DNA of 64,000 nucleotides from the human T2T-CHM13v2.0 reference genome, Homo sapiens. Under the pieces are notes generated by a model that worked only from the letters and a program-made list of their open reading frames with translations, did no database searches and was not told the DNA's origin. Below, piece by piece: positions 38,951 through 52,365 of this stretch. Each line of letters starts with the position of its first letter. Positions within the stretch are counted from its first letter, which is position 1. The position numbers and the translations under genes were made by a program. Location: assembly GCF_009914755.1 (NCBI RefSeq), contig NC_060925.1, one strand, 5' to 3'.

Positions 38951-40359
38951 CAATGCCCACCACATGGCCCAGTCAGGGGTGGCTGCACAGCCAGGGATGG
39001 GCACAGCTGAGTTTAAACCCGGGCCAGGGCTCTTGACAGGATTTGGGGCTGCCTCTTAGCCAGGATGACTTCTCCCTACACCCTATTCCACCCCCCGGGC
39101 AGCTCATCTCGGAGCGAGAGGCACCAGTGAGCAAATCCAGAGTCCAGGCTCCACCAGGCTCCCAAGTTCCCCTCCTTCGTCCCCTGCTAAGCTAACCTCT
39201 CGCGAGCCCTGGACAGACCTGGTTTCACTTTTTCCCAGGATCTGCTGGTCTGCTAAGACTCCACGACTCTTTTCCTTCCTTGAGTGATTTCACAGACCCA
39301 TGGGCGCAGCAGGTCGTGGGACATGGGTCCCAAATAGGCACGGTTTGTCTGATTTCAGCCTCTGAGTGGGAACAGCCGATGCAAAGGGATTGTGGAGCCT
39401 GGTGGCTCTTACCCCAGGTCTCAGGGACTGATGTCCCCTGAGTCTTTGCATATGCCCTTGCCCTGTGTCACATCCTCCCAAGCTAGAGAAGGTGGGCTCT
39501 GCATCAGCCTTCCTGGACCGGCCCCCACCAGGGCAGGAGAACCTACCCCACTCCCGCCTCCATCAGCAAGCCTCCCAGCCGGCTGGGGAACGTGCGCTGA
39601 CTTTGTAAGTCTCCACCGCTTAACACAGAGTCGTGGGCTCCACCACAGAGGGGTTTTGTTTGGAACTTAAAACACTTGCTCAAATTAATGACCAAAATGT
39701 CAGATGTGTCCACAGCTAATTATTCATTAGATGCTTAATTAGTGTGGGATGATCATGACATTTTAATGTTATTAATTTTTATACTGTAATAGGAATTAAA
39801 TTGTTCTGCTGTCCCGAAGCCTCCTGTTGGAGTCACACTGTGGAATTGGGGGCTGGGAGGAGGAGGGGCCGTGGAGGGCAGCTGGGGCAGCCAGGGAGCT
39901 CACCGGCCAGAGCCAGTGCACACACGCCCCTCTGCTGGCTGGGAGAAGCCTCTTCAGAGCTGGATGCTTTGGATGGCTGGGCTGACAGTGGGAACAGCTA
40001 AGAAAGAGGCACAGGGTAGACCAGATGGCTCCTTGAGGTTCCTTCCTGCTTAGACATTTCAGGATTTCATGTTCTTCATTTCTCCACCCCAAGACAAGAG
40101 GAATGCTAGGGAACTGTCCTGCAAAACCCACACAGAAAAGAGGAAGGGACTGAGGTGGTCACACCCACAAGAGACCACAGAAGGCCAGCAGAATGTCACA
40201 GACCTGTTTTCCACTCCCCACAGGCCAGAAGAAGGGGCTCACTGGGAAGAAATGTTGCATATTTTTAGACAAATGGAAGGAAGCCCTGTCTGCCAGCAAA
40301 GGGAGTCACACAGGAGACCCTGAGAGGGCTCTTGTTTGTAAAATGGGCATAGCTCTATT

Positions 40360-40795
40360 GTTATTTCTCATTATGAAAATAATCCGTGCCCATGTTTAAA
40401 AATCTAATCATTAAAAAAAGGTAGAATGGTAATAAAAATCGTGTGAAATCCCACCTTCCAAAGATAGTAACTCTTCAGATTTTAGTGTCTGAACTTCTGA
40501 GCTCTTTCTGGGCAGATATTAGCCACTGCTATCTTGTAATCTACTTTTTTTGCTGACCTGAGCATCTTTTCAAGCTGATGGACATAGATCTGCATAATCC
40601 TTTCTCGTGGCCACGTTATATTCCATTCTCCAAATACTCCATCACTTATCTAGCCAGTCCGTGAGCGTGGGATGTTTGGATTATTCCTAATTACTCATCA
40701 TTAATAACCAGGATCCTTCTAATTATCCTTTTCATGTTGGTCTGGTTATACCCTTGGGATAAATCCCTAGAGATGGGATTGCTGGGTCACAGGGG
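40360..40795 (-). mobile_element. Old L1 3' fragment (L1ME4-like)
   Basis: AATCCCACC..CCAAAGATA, CATAGATCTGCATAATCCTTT, TATTCCATT, GGATAAATCCCTAGAGATGGGATTGCTGGGTCA. Confidence 0.75.
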
Positions 40796-40809
40796 AACCT
40801 CACAGGAAA

Positions 40810-40985
40810 GTTCCACTTCTACCTGCAACCTTGGCCAAGGACTTTAATTTCCCTAAAGCTGTTCCCCAACCTGTGAAATGGGTACACGAATCCTGTTCTG
40901 ATAATGGCAAGGATTGCAGGACCTGGCACAGAACCTGGCATTTAGTAGGTTCTACTAAATGTTAGCTCCTTTTCTGAGTAGTTGC
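40810..40985 (+). mobile_element. MIR fragment
   Basis: ACCTTGGCCAAGGACTTTAA...CTGTGAAATGGG...CCTGGCATTTAGTAGGT...TAAATGTTAGCT. Confidence 0.75.
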
Positions 40986-43019
40986 TGCTAACTCTCCTTT
41001 CACAAAGTGCTTTGGTATATATCATCCTTTAATGTTATGATTCCAAAGGAAGGAAAAAGTAAAACAGATATGAAGTCTCAAGAAGGGTTGGGGAAATTCC
41101 TGGGTGGGTGACTGCAATTGAGCAGGGGCTGACGGCTGGGGCTTATTCTCAAATCTTCAGGGTCAGAAACACTTAGAGCAACCAACACATCCTCTGTCTA
41201 CCATGTCTGGGCATCCCCCATCAGGGAGAGAACACGATATCCATTCAGTCCTGGCGATGTACTTTCGGAGTACACCCCTGGAGGATGTCCAGGCAGAGGT
41301 TTGAGCCAAGGTCCCTTAAAGAGAAGTCCTGCCATGAGGGACGATGATCCCCCCAGGAGGCCTGGAGGACCCCTCCTGCACCTGGCTCTGAGAGCCCAGG
41401 GTTAAGCCCTTTGCTTACTGAGCCTGGGCAATTGACTGAACCATCAGAAACTCTTGATTTTCCAGCCTAGATAAGAGGGCCAAGGGCTCAGAGAAGCTTC
41501 TCCCACTGGGGGACAAGAGGACATATGAGTAGCTAAGTGGTGTCTGCCAGAGCTGGATGTGAGAAGTGGATGGGACCGTGATCCCAGAGTCAGGTTATAT
41601 TTAGCAAGCACGTGTCAGGGATATGGCTCCTATCAGCAACTCTCAGGCTGCTTGGAGACTGTGTCTTACACAATTTGAAAAACTACCTGGTAAAACGAAG
41701 CTGGCAGTTGGATTCCCAGACTTCTAGAAGCCCCTCCCAGAGGTGTGGCGGGATCTCTCCAGAGGCTGAGCTGCCCTATGGCTTCCATCCCTAATATGGC
41801 TCTTCTGTTCCCTCCACCGGCCTCTCCATCCTGGGCCTGACCCCTATCCACATCAACTTCACCGGGAGCCCAGTGACACCCCCAAGGTCAGTGTCTCCAC
41901 CCATTTAGAAGGGCCCATTTAGGTGAAGGCTGATTGCAGAGCCCCTGAAGTCCCCCCACGGGGCAGTTGCCTGTGGGAGAAGCACCATCCCTCCCTGAAG
42001 ACAGCCGATGAACAGAGCGTGTTGTCGGGCCGCCTTGGGGTCCAGGAGCCTGGGCCGCCCACACTGCCCTCAGGAGAAATGGACCTGTGCCCACCCAGCG
42101 CTGGTTCCAGGAGAAGGGCCGGGCTGGCCTGGTGCAGGGAGGATGGCATGTCTTACAGCTCCACTTAGCTGACTCCTGGAAGGGAAGGTGCCCCTCACTC
42201 ACTGCCTCCATCTCTCCAGAAGCCAATGTCAGAACAAAAAGTCAGGAGGAGCCACACATCCATCCCATGGGCAGAGGGAGCCTGGTGCATACTCATCTCC
42301 CTTCTGAGGTCAAACTTGGCCATACCCTCATTGAGTGCTCCCGAAAAAATGGCCTGTGATGGCTCCAGGCCTGCCAGCCCCAGTACTTGGGATGGCTTGG
42401 GTCCCCAGGGGAGGGGGCCCCCGGCCCTGTGCCAGGAGCAGAGCCCTCCTGGGGAGACCAAGGCCGTTCTCAAGGAAATCTTCTGGCCTTCCTCCCTGCC
42501 CCATCCATCACCAGACAGCCCACTCCAGATGGAAAGGGAAAAGGAAGAAAAAATGTTAATATGCAATTAAAGTTGAGATCATAAACAGGTGCTCTAATTA
42601 GAAGTCTTCTCAAATCATCAAAAGCTCATTTACAAGGTGAGATGCCAGAGGTGCCCTGATGCCGGCTGGCACAGAGCTTTCTGCCACTGAGGAGGAGTTT
42701 GGGGACAGCCCTCACCTGTCTCCTTGAGGCTTCGGCAGGTGGGCAGGGGCCAGGAGAGGTGGGGGCACAGGGGAAGTCTTAGCCAGACCTGGAGGAGGGC
42801 AGCTCCTGCTCACGGCAGCTCCACAGGTGGCTCCCCAGCATGGCCACTGCTCAGGCTGTCTTGGCAGAAGGAGCTCTGCACGCCTGGAGCCTGGTGTGGA
42901 GGGGGAAGCCCAGGATCCCTTTGGAGGCATTCAAGGAGCCTTGAAGATGCAGGCAGGGCTTCTGCCAGGCTTTGTGGTTCTTCCTCCAGTGTTCCTCAGC
43001 CAGGGACCTTCCTTGGCCC

Positions 43020-43595
43020 CGTCTCACTGAATTTCTCCTCCCTGAGCCACCTCTGCCACTCTCATTGCCCGGGCCAATGATGCCAAATCCTGAAATCTAG
43101 CCTAGAGCCAACCCTGAGCTTCAGGCCGCATACACAGCTGTGTACAGACATGCCCCCTCCCTCAGTAGAGGTGATGCTGGGCTAATCCTTTGTCCCCTTA
43201 CTCCTCCTCAGGGGCTCCTTCTCTCCCTGACAGGTGCCACCATCTATCTGGTCACCCCCACATCTGGATGACTCAAACCTGGTCAGTTCTACTCCTACAT
43301 GTTCCGCAGTGGTCCCTGCCCCTCTATCTGCACAGCCACCACCCTCCTGGGGCTTCCTCACCTCTCTCTTTGACTACTGCCTTCGTCTCCCTGTTCATCT
43401 CGGGCACATCAGTTGTCCCGTGCTGGCCCACAGTCCACAGCACCATCAGAACGGGAGCTTCTAAAACACATCACTCCATGTTGTTCCCCTACCCAAAAGT
43501 CTTCAGCACAAAAAGCAACTCCCCTAGCAGAGCTCTCTTTGTGGACTCCCCACCAGTCCACCAGCCCCCCAACTCATTTCCAGGGCTTTGCACTT
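43020..43595 (+). mobile_element. Diverged L2 fragment
   Basis: ATGATGCCAAATC, CCTGAGCTTCAGGCC, CACCACCATCTATCTGGTCACCC, CAGGGCTTTGCACTTG in L2 order. Confidence 0.55.
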
Positions 43596-43666
43596 GAAGA
43601 ACCCACCCTGTTGCTTTCAGCACCTGGCCGCCTCTCAGGCCTCAGCCGCCCTGGCTGGACTGCCGA

Positions 43667-45332
43667 CCTCCTCCTCCTCCTCCTCCTCCTCCTCCTCCTC
43701 CTCCTCCCTCCTCCTCCTCCCCTCCTCCCTCCTCCTCCTCCTCCCCTCCTCCCTCCTCCTCCTCCCCTTCCCTCCTCCTCCTCCCCTCCTCCCTCCTCCT
43801 CCCCTCCTCCCTCCACTTCCTCCCCTCCTCCCTCCTCCCCCTCCTCCTCCTTCTCCTCCCCCTCCTCCTCTTCCTCCTCCCTCCACTTCCTCCCCTCCTC
43901 CCTCCTCCCCCTCCTCCTCTTCCTCCTCCCCCTCCTCCTCTTCCCCCTCCTCCTCTTCCCCCTCCTCCTCCCTCCTCCTCTCCCCCCTCCTCCTCCCCCT
44001 CCCTCCCCCTCCTCCTCTTCCTCCTCCCCCTCCTCCTCTTCCTCCTCCCCCTCCTCCTCTTCCCCCTCCTCCTCTCCCCTCCTCCTCCTCCTCCCTTCTC
44101 CTCCTCCTCCTCCCTTCTCCTCCTCCCCCCTCCTCCTCTCCCTCCCCCTCCACCTCCCCCTCCACCTCCCCCTCCTCCCCTCCTCCCCCCTCCTCTCTCC
44201 TCCTCCTCCCTCCTCCTCTCCCCTCCTCCCCTCCTCCTCCTTCTCCTCCCCCTCCTCTTCCTCCCCCCCTCCCCCTCCTCTCCCTCCCCTCCTCCTCTCC
44301 TCCTCCCCCTCCTCCTCTTCCTTCTCCCCCTCCTCCTCCCCCCTCCTCCCCCCTCCTCCTCCTCCCCTCCTCCCTCTTCCCCCTCCTCCTCCTCCCCCTC
44401 CTCTCCCTCCCTTCCTCCTCTTCCTCCTCCCCCTCCTCCTCTTCCTCCTTCCCCTCCTCCTATTCCCCCTCCTCCTCTTCCCCCTCCTCCCTCCTCCCCC
44501 CTCCTCCTCCCCCCTCCTCCTCCCCCCTCCTCCTCCCCCCTCCTCCTCCCCCTCCCCCTCCTCCTCTCCCTCCCCCTCCTCCTCCTCTCCCCTCCTCCTC
44601 CCTCCTCCTCTCCCCTCCTCTCCCCTCCTCTCCCCTCCTCCTCCTCCTCTCTCCTCCTCCTCCCCTCCTCCCTCCTCCTCCTCCCCTCCTCCCTCTTCTT
44701 CCTCCCCTCCTCCCTCCTCTTCCTCCCCTCCTCCCTCCTCCCCCTCCTCCTTCTCCTTCTCCTCCTCTTCCCCCTCCTGCCTCCTCCCCCCTCCTCCTCC
44801 CCCTCCCCCTCCTCCTCCACCTCCCCCTCCTCCCCCTCCCCCTCTCCCCCTCCTCTCCCCTCCTCTCCCCCTCCTCCCCTCCTCCCTCCTCCCGCCTCCT
44901 CCTCTCTCCTCCTCCTCCCTCCTCCTCTCCCCTCCTCCCCTCCTCCCTCCTCCCCCCTCCTCCTCCTTCTCCTCCCCCTCCTCTTCCTCCCCCTCCCCCT
45001 CCTCTCCCTCCCCTCCTCCTCTTCCTTCTCCCCCTCCTCCTCTTCCCTCTCCTCCTCTTTCCCCTCCTCCCTCCTCCTCCCCCTCCTTCTCCCCCTCCTC
45101 CTCTTCCCCCTCCTCCTCTTCCCCCTCCTCCTCTTTCCCCTCCTCCCTCCTCCGCCCTCCTCCTCCCCCTCCCTCTCCTCCTCCGCCTCCCTTCCTCCTC
45201 CCTCTCCCCCTCCTCCTCTCCCTCCCCCTCCTCACCTCCTCCCTCCTCCCCCTCCTCCTCCCCCTCCCCCTCCTCCTCCTCCTCTCCTCTCCTCCTCCCT
45301 CCTCCTCTCCCCTCCTCTTCCCTCCTCCTCCT
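43667..45332 (+). repeat. 1.67-kb (CCT)n-derived polypyrimidine/polypurine tract
   Basis: Starts as pure (CCT)~13; I count only 11 purines on the + strand in ~1666 bp. Confidence 0.99.
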
Positions 45333-46052
45333 GCCTAAAAACCAAATGAGAGTCTGCTCTGGTGAGGCTCTGGAGCCCACCTCTCCCAGGGTCCTGTGGG
45401 GTCTATGGACCACCACAACTTGGGGCTGAGAGTTATTCGATGTGTGGACAGGCGCTGGGTTAAGGCCCCTCTCCGAAGTGCTGAGTACAAGTGTCTTGGC
45501 AGGGAGGTGGGGCCAGCAGGATACAGCCTTGGGTTCCAGTCTCAGGCGCCCATCCATCACGAGTGCCACAGGCAGACATGGATCCCCACAGGAGGGGTCT
45601 GGCTGAGTGGGAGTGTCTCTCCCACAGAGAGGGAAGAGCACATGGGCACCCGTCATCTGCCCACCTTGCTAGGGTGGCTGCCCCAGAGGGGAGCAGGGGC
45701 CCCTTCTGGGCACCCAGCTGGGGAGCACTGGCTGCAGAGTTGGGCGGTGGGGAACCTTCTCTCAGCAGTCCCAGCTAACCCAGGCTCCTACGCCAAGGAC
45801 CTAAAGAGCCACACAGCCTCGTGCATCTTGCTGTGGAATGTGTGAGAAGGATGTTGGTATTGGCTTCTTCCAGTCCAAGAAAGGCCCTGGCACCTCATTC
45901 CCCAGGTATCCATAGAACCTTCCAGACCAGCCTTCCTCAGCATGGCCAGACACTGCAAAATCCCCTCCAGACAGACAGTCACACAAACACACACATGCAC
46001 CCACACACCTCACCTTCCCCATAATAATATATAACTAGCCAGCACTTGATAT

Positions 46053-46320
46053 TAGTGGTTCCCAAATACTTGTCTTCAATCCTGTATTGCTTGTGATGAA
46101 ACTCTTATCAGTCCATGGGGAAATAAGAAAAATAAAAAAAATGTGGTGGGCTTTTCATAAGCTAAATGTTCATTTTCAAAGGACTGTCCTCTATTCTGAG
46201 ACTGATCTTCCCGCTTTTATTACACTTTAAAATGTCCTCTCTTTTATGAAAGCATGGTGATGGTAGACAGGGTGATTGTTTCTTAATGACTTATTTGGCA
46301 AAATTAAAAGATGATACCCC
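46053..46320. mobile_element. hAT-Charlie fragment (MER113-like)
   Basis: TAGTGGTTCCCAAA terminus; AAAGGACTGTCCTCTATTCTGAGA, AAAATGTCC..TCTTTTATGAAA..ATGGTGATGGTAGA recalled from the MER113 consensus. Confidence 0.6.
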
Positions 46321-46392
46321 ATCAGCGCCCCCATTTTTAATTGAAATTTTTAGTGAGATAATTGTAGGCTCATATGCAGTTGTAAGAAATAA

Positions 46393-46913
<521 letters not shown>

Positions 46914-47885
46914 TCCACAGTTCCTTCCTTTTTATTTCTGAGGAGTTATTCCATGTTATGGATGAACCACTATTGTTTGAACCATTTACTCATTGAAGGA
47001 CATCCGGATGTTTCCATTTTTTGACAATGACAAATGAAGCTGCTGTGAACATCACATGTGCGTTGTTATGTGAACTTCTGGGATAAATGCCCAAGAGTGC
47101 AATTGCTGGGTCCTGTGGTAGCTGCAGATTTAGCCTGCCAAACCGTGTGCCAGAACAACTGTACCATCTCACATCCCCACTAACGGGGTATGACGGATCC
47201 GGTTTTTTCACGGCCTCACCAGCATTTGATGTTGTCACTATTTTTTATTTGAGACATTTTGATAGGTATGTAGTAATGTCTCATTATGGCTTTGACTTAC
47301 ATTTCTTTAAGGCTAGTGATGTTAAGCATCTTTCAGGTGCTTACATGCCATCTGTATATCATCTTTGCCGAGATATCTCTATGTGTCTTTTGCCCGTTTT
47401 CTAATGGAATTGCTTGTTTTTACTGTTGAATTTTGAGAGTTTGTTATTATATTCTCAGTACGAGTCCTTTGCTGACTATGTGATTTGCAAATATTTTCTC
47501 CCAGTCTGTAGCTTGCTTTTTCATCTTCTCCAAATGAGCTTTTGTAGAACAAAAGTTTTTAATGTTGATGAGGTCCAGTTTTAGCATTTTCCATTTATGG
47601 ACCATGCTTTTAGGACTAAGTTGCCCAGTCCTAGATCCCAAATACTTTCTCTTATGTTTTTCTACAAGTATTATAATTTTACATTTAAGTCCGTAATTCA
47701 TTCTTAGTTCACTTTTGTTTAAAGCATAAGGTTTAGGTCGAGGTTCCTTTTGTTTCTGGGGTTTGGTTTTTTGTGTTTTGTTTTGGTTTTGGCCTGTGGA
47801 TATCCAATTGCTCCAATACCATTTGTTGAAAAGTTTATCCTTCCTCCATTTAATTGCTTTTGTGCCTTTGTCAAAAATAAGTTGA

Positions 47886-48235
<350 letters not shown>

Positions 48236-48665
48236 CTGTTGATCTATTAATATATGACTGTCTCTCCTCTGACATCACACTGACTTGATTGCTATAACTC
48301 TGTATTAATCCTCAGTATCAGGTAGAGTGGGTTCTTATTTATTCTTCTCTGTCAAGCCTGTTTTAGCTATTCTATTCTAATATTGGTATCTATTCTAAGC
48401 CCTGTGCCTTTCCATATAAATTATAGGATACATTGTCCATGACTATCCGAAATATTGCTGCAGTTTTGATAGGAATTGTATTAAACCTATAGATAAATCG
48501 GAAGAGAATTGACATCTTCACTAGGTTGGGTCTTCCAATCCATGAAAAAGGTATGTGTCTCTTCATGTACTAGGTCTTTGATTTTCCTCCATTGGCATGT
48601 TGTCATTTTCAGTATACAAATTCTGTACACATTCTGTGAAGTGTAGGCTTAAGAATTTCATTTTT

Positions 48666-48976
48666 GGCCGGGTGCGGTGGCTCACGCCTATAATCCCAGC
48701 ACTTTGGGAGGCTGAGGCAGGCGGATCACAAGCTCAGGAGATCAAGACCATCCTGGCTAACACGGTGAAACCCCGTCTCTACTAAATATACAAAAAAAAA
48801 AAATTAGCCGGGCGTGGTAGTGGGCACCTGTAGTCCCAGCTACTCAGGAGGCTGAGGCAGGAAAATGGCGTGAACCTGGGAGGCAGAGCTTGCCGTGAGC
48901 CAAGATCGCACCACTGCACTCCAGCCTGGACGACAGAGCGAGACTCTATCTCGAAAAAAAAAATAATAATAATAAT
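48666..48976 (+). mobile_element. AluY with (AAT)n tail
   Basis: GAGATCAAGACCATCCTGGCTAACACGG, ATGGCGTGAACC, GAGCTTGC. Confidence 0.96.
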
Positions 48977-48990
48977 AATTTCATTTTCTT

Positions 48991-49487
<497 letters not shown>

Positions 49488-51020
49488 TCATCTGTACAGA
49501 CAGTTGTATTTCTTCCTGTCCCATCAGTGTGGCTTTTACGTCTTTCTCCTGCTTTACTGCCTCAGAACTTCCTGTACTGTGTTGGGTGAGGGCGGTGCAA
49601 GCAGACATCCTTGCCCCATTCCTCATCTGTGGAAGAGCACTCAGTCTTCCACCATTAAATTGATGTGAGCCAGAGGGATTTTGTAGATGCTTTTTATCAA
49701 GCTGAGATAATTTCCTGCTATTCCTGACTTGCTGAGAGCAGTTCCCTCATTTGTTAAACTTTGCTGCCCCTGAAATCAGAAACTTTGGGACCCACCAGTT
49801 TGTACCATACCCAGGACTGCTTTGCATTCACATCCTGCCCCTCACAGGATCCTGGAGGGCCCGGTGGGTAAGGGGTCCACAGCCTCCCGCTCAGGTTTTT
49901 GACTCGCAATCCTGTCCTCTACCCCACCGATCCCTCTCCCCTTGGCTGAGCCTTCTGTCCTGTGCCATGTTCCCGGCCCCTCAGGAAAAGGAACCCTGAC
50001 AAACCAGTGTGGACCATTCACACATTCACATATCCACTCATTCATTCATTCATTCAGCAAGGCCTGCACCCTGTGGTACAGAAATCAAGGGCTGCAGACC
50101 TGCCCTTGAGAAATGCAGTCTAACACCCAAACTCCACCCGCCCCCGCGTCGGCCCCCGTCGCGCTGCATGAGACTTGCATCCCCTCTCCAGGGGGCTGGC
50201 CAGGGCTGGCTGAGGCTCCAGGAGTTGCTCTGCTCTACCATTTTCCTTTTCCAGGAAATGTGTATCCCAGACAGCCCCCAGCACCCACTCTTCTCCGGGC
50301 CGCCCTGCAGCAGGGTGGGAGCAGTGTGGTGGTCCTCAGGCCCCCATCTCACCCCCCTACACACACATACCACTAGAGCCTCTGGCCCACAGCAGGCAGA
50401 GGACAAGCCCCCTCACCCATCCCAGCTCCAGCCCTGACTCTGGAACCTTCTGCAGAGGCTCAGGCTCCCCCCATCTCCACATCCGCAGGATGGTACGCTA
50501 TTGATGTTCTTGTGTGTGTTTTTTTTAATCAAGGGAACAATTTCTTTATATGCAAATCTCTTCAATAATATTATTATTATCAGTGTGGCCTCAGGCAGAG
50601 GCTCACAGAATTGGAGAGTTGCCGAGTTGATGGTTTTTTTCATAGCGACTCTGAGCATCATCAGGCCAGCTCCTGGGAGGACAGCGAGGCTCATTTTCCC
50701 CAGAACAATCCCAGCTGGAAAGATGATTGCAGGTATCAAGAGATACGGGGTGATTTCATCCTCATCTGAATATCTGTGAAACCACCCCTGCACCCTGCTC
50801 CTCCATCTCAGGTCACAGCCAAGGGTGGGCAGCCCTGACCAGTGGGCACTCCTTCCACGAGCATCTACTGAGCACCCACTGCCCGCATGTCACTTAGCGC
50901 CCAGGGCCAGGCGGGCAGCTGCTCACGGTCTGAAGAGGGAGGCAGGCAAGACAGTGTGGGTCCCCTGATCCCACAGACCCACGGCCTGTGGGAGCCCCCA
51001 CCCAGACCTGGGAAGCCTGG

Positions 51021-51187
51021 CAGGGCCAGGACCAGGGTGAGGCACTGGCATGGGGTACAAATTTAAGGTGGTACAAAAAAAAATTGTGAAGCCAAATAAT
51101 ATTTTAATAGAATATTTTTGATAATCAAGATTAATGCAAAAAATCCATGATAAACACAAAATCAACATTTTAAAGAAAGGCAGGACA
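51021..51187. mobile_element. MER96B-like hAT fragment
   Basis: CAGGGCCAGGACCAGGGTGAGGC...AAATTTAAGG...AATAATATTTTAAT...ATTAATGCAAAAAATCCATGAT. Confidence 0.8.
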
Positions 51188-52249
51188 CCTATGGGAAGGC
51201 TTCCCAGGAAGGAGACATTGTCACTGCAAGCAGAAGGAGAAGGATAAGCAGGACAGAAGCACGGGGAAGAGGTTTCCAGGGGTGAGAAGAAAGAGAGATG
51301 GCACTTTCCCACCCCAGGGGCTCCAGGGGCTCTGGAGGCTGGAGTTCCAGTCTGAACCTATGCATCTCCCCGAGCTCCCCCACCGCCCACCACTGCACCA
51401 AAGCCCCAGGCCCACCTCTGCTTCTCCTTCCTTAGCCCGTGGCTACTGCACACCCCTGCCCCCCACCCCACAGTCTGCACGGACTGGACAGAGGCTGGCC
51501 ATGGGCCTCCCCTGCAGTGGAAGAGGCTGAGGCCTGGAGCCCTGAGGTCTGTCCAGGCCGTGGATACTGCACACAGACCACAGCTGTGAGCTGGCCTCGT
51601 CGGGGTTCAGAACAAAGCAGCAAGAGCCATTGGAAGGCGGAGGAGTCCTGGACAGAAATCCAAGGGTTAGGGACAAAGGTGGGACAAAGCATGAGTGTGT
51701 GGTGATTCATGGCAGAGAAGGGCATGTTCCTCCAGGCCTGGCTGAGGGGCGAGGCCAGCCACTCACTTGGAGAACACCAGACTGCGTTCTAGCAGTGAGC
51801 CTTCTGGATACCCTCAGGGCATCCAAGGCCAGGCCAGGGCCTGCCCAGATGACCAGGCTGACATGAGGAGGCCCTGGCTCTCTGTTAGCAGATGGGGCTG
51901 GGTGACCACCCCTTCAGCCAGGGCTGGCCACCCCCAGGAGCAGTGTCTGAAGAGTTCACTCTATTTGTGTCTCTGGGCATTAAGCTACGTTATTCCTTGC
52001 CCAGCTGCTGGGGCCTGTGTTTCCAAGAAAGCAGCCTTTCCAACAGGGACTTTGACTGCTGAGAAGGTCTCTCCACCCCCACGGCTATCACCGGGGCATG
52101 CAGACCTGACTCTTCCTGCCCCAGGCCAGCGGCTGCTCCTCTCCCCTGTGAGGATTGGGGTACCCAGGCCTGCCTGACTGTGCATCCTGAGAAACTCAAA
52201 GCCACCACTGACTGTAGCCACCATGATCAGCTTTATATCTGATGATCTC

Positions 52250-52365
52250 GTTTGACTCATACCCTAACCCCATGAAGGAGTGACTGTTTCCAGAGAAGGA
52301 AACTAAGGCTCCGGAAGGTGACCTAAACTGCCACTGAGTGACAGATGAGGATCTGAATCCACAGA
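52250..52365 (-). mobile_element. MIR fragment
   Basis: AACCCCATGAAG...CAGAGAAGGAAACTAAGGCTC...GGATCTGAATCCA. Confidence 0.6.

Noticed and set aside
43413-45656. Pro/Ser/Leu and Gly/Glu/Arg ORFs of 400-640 aa
   Set aside because: A pure C/T (or G/A) tract cannot contain stop codons; compositional artefact.
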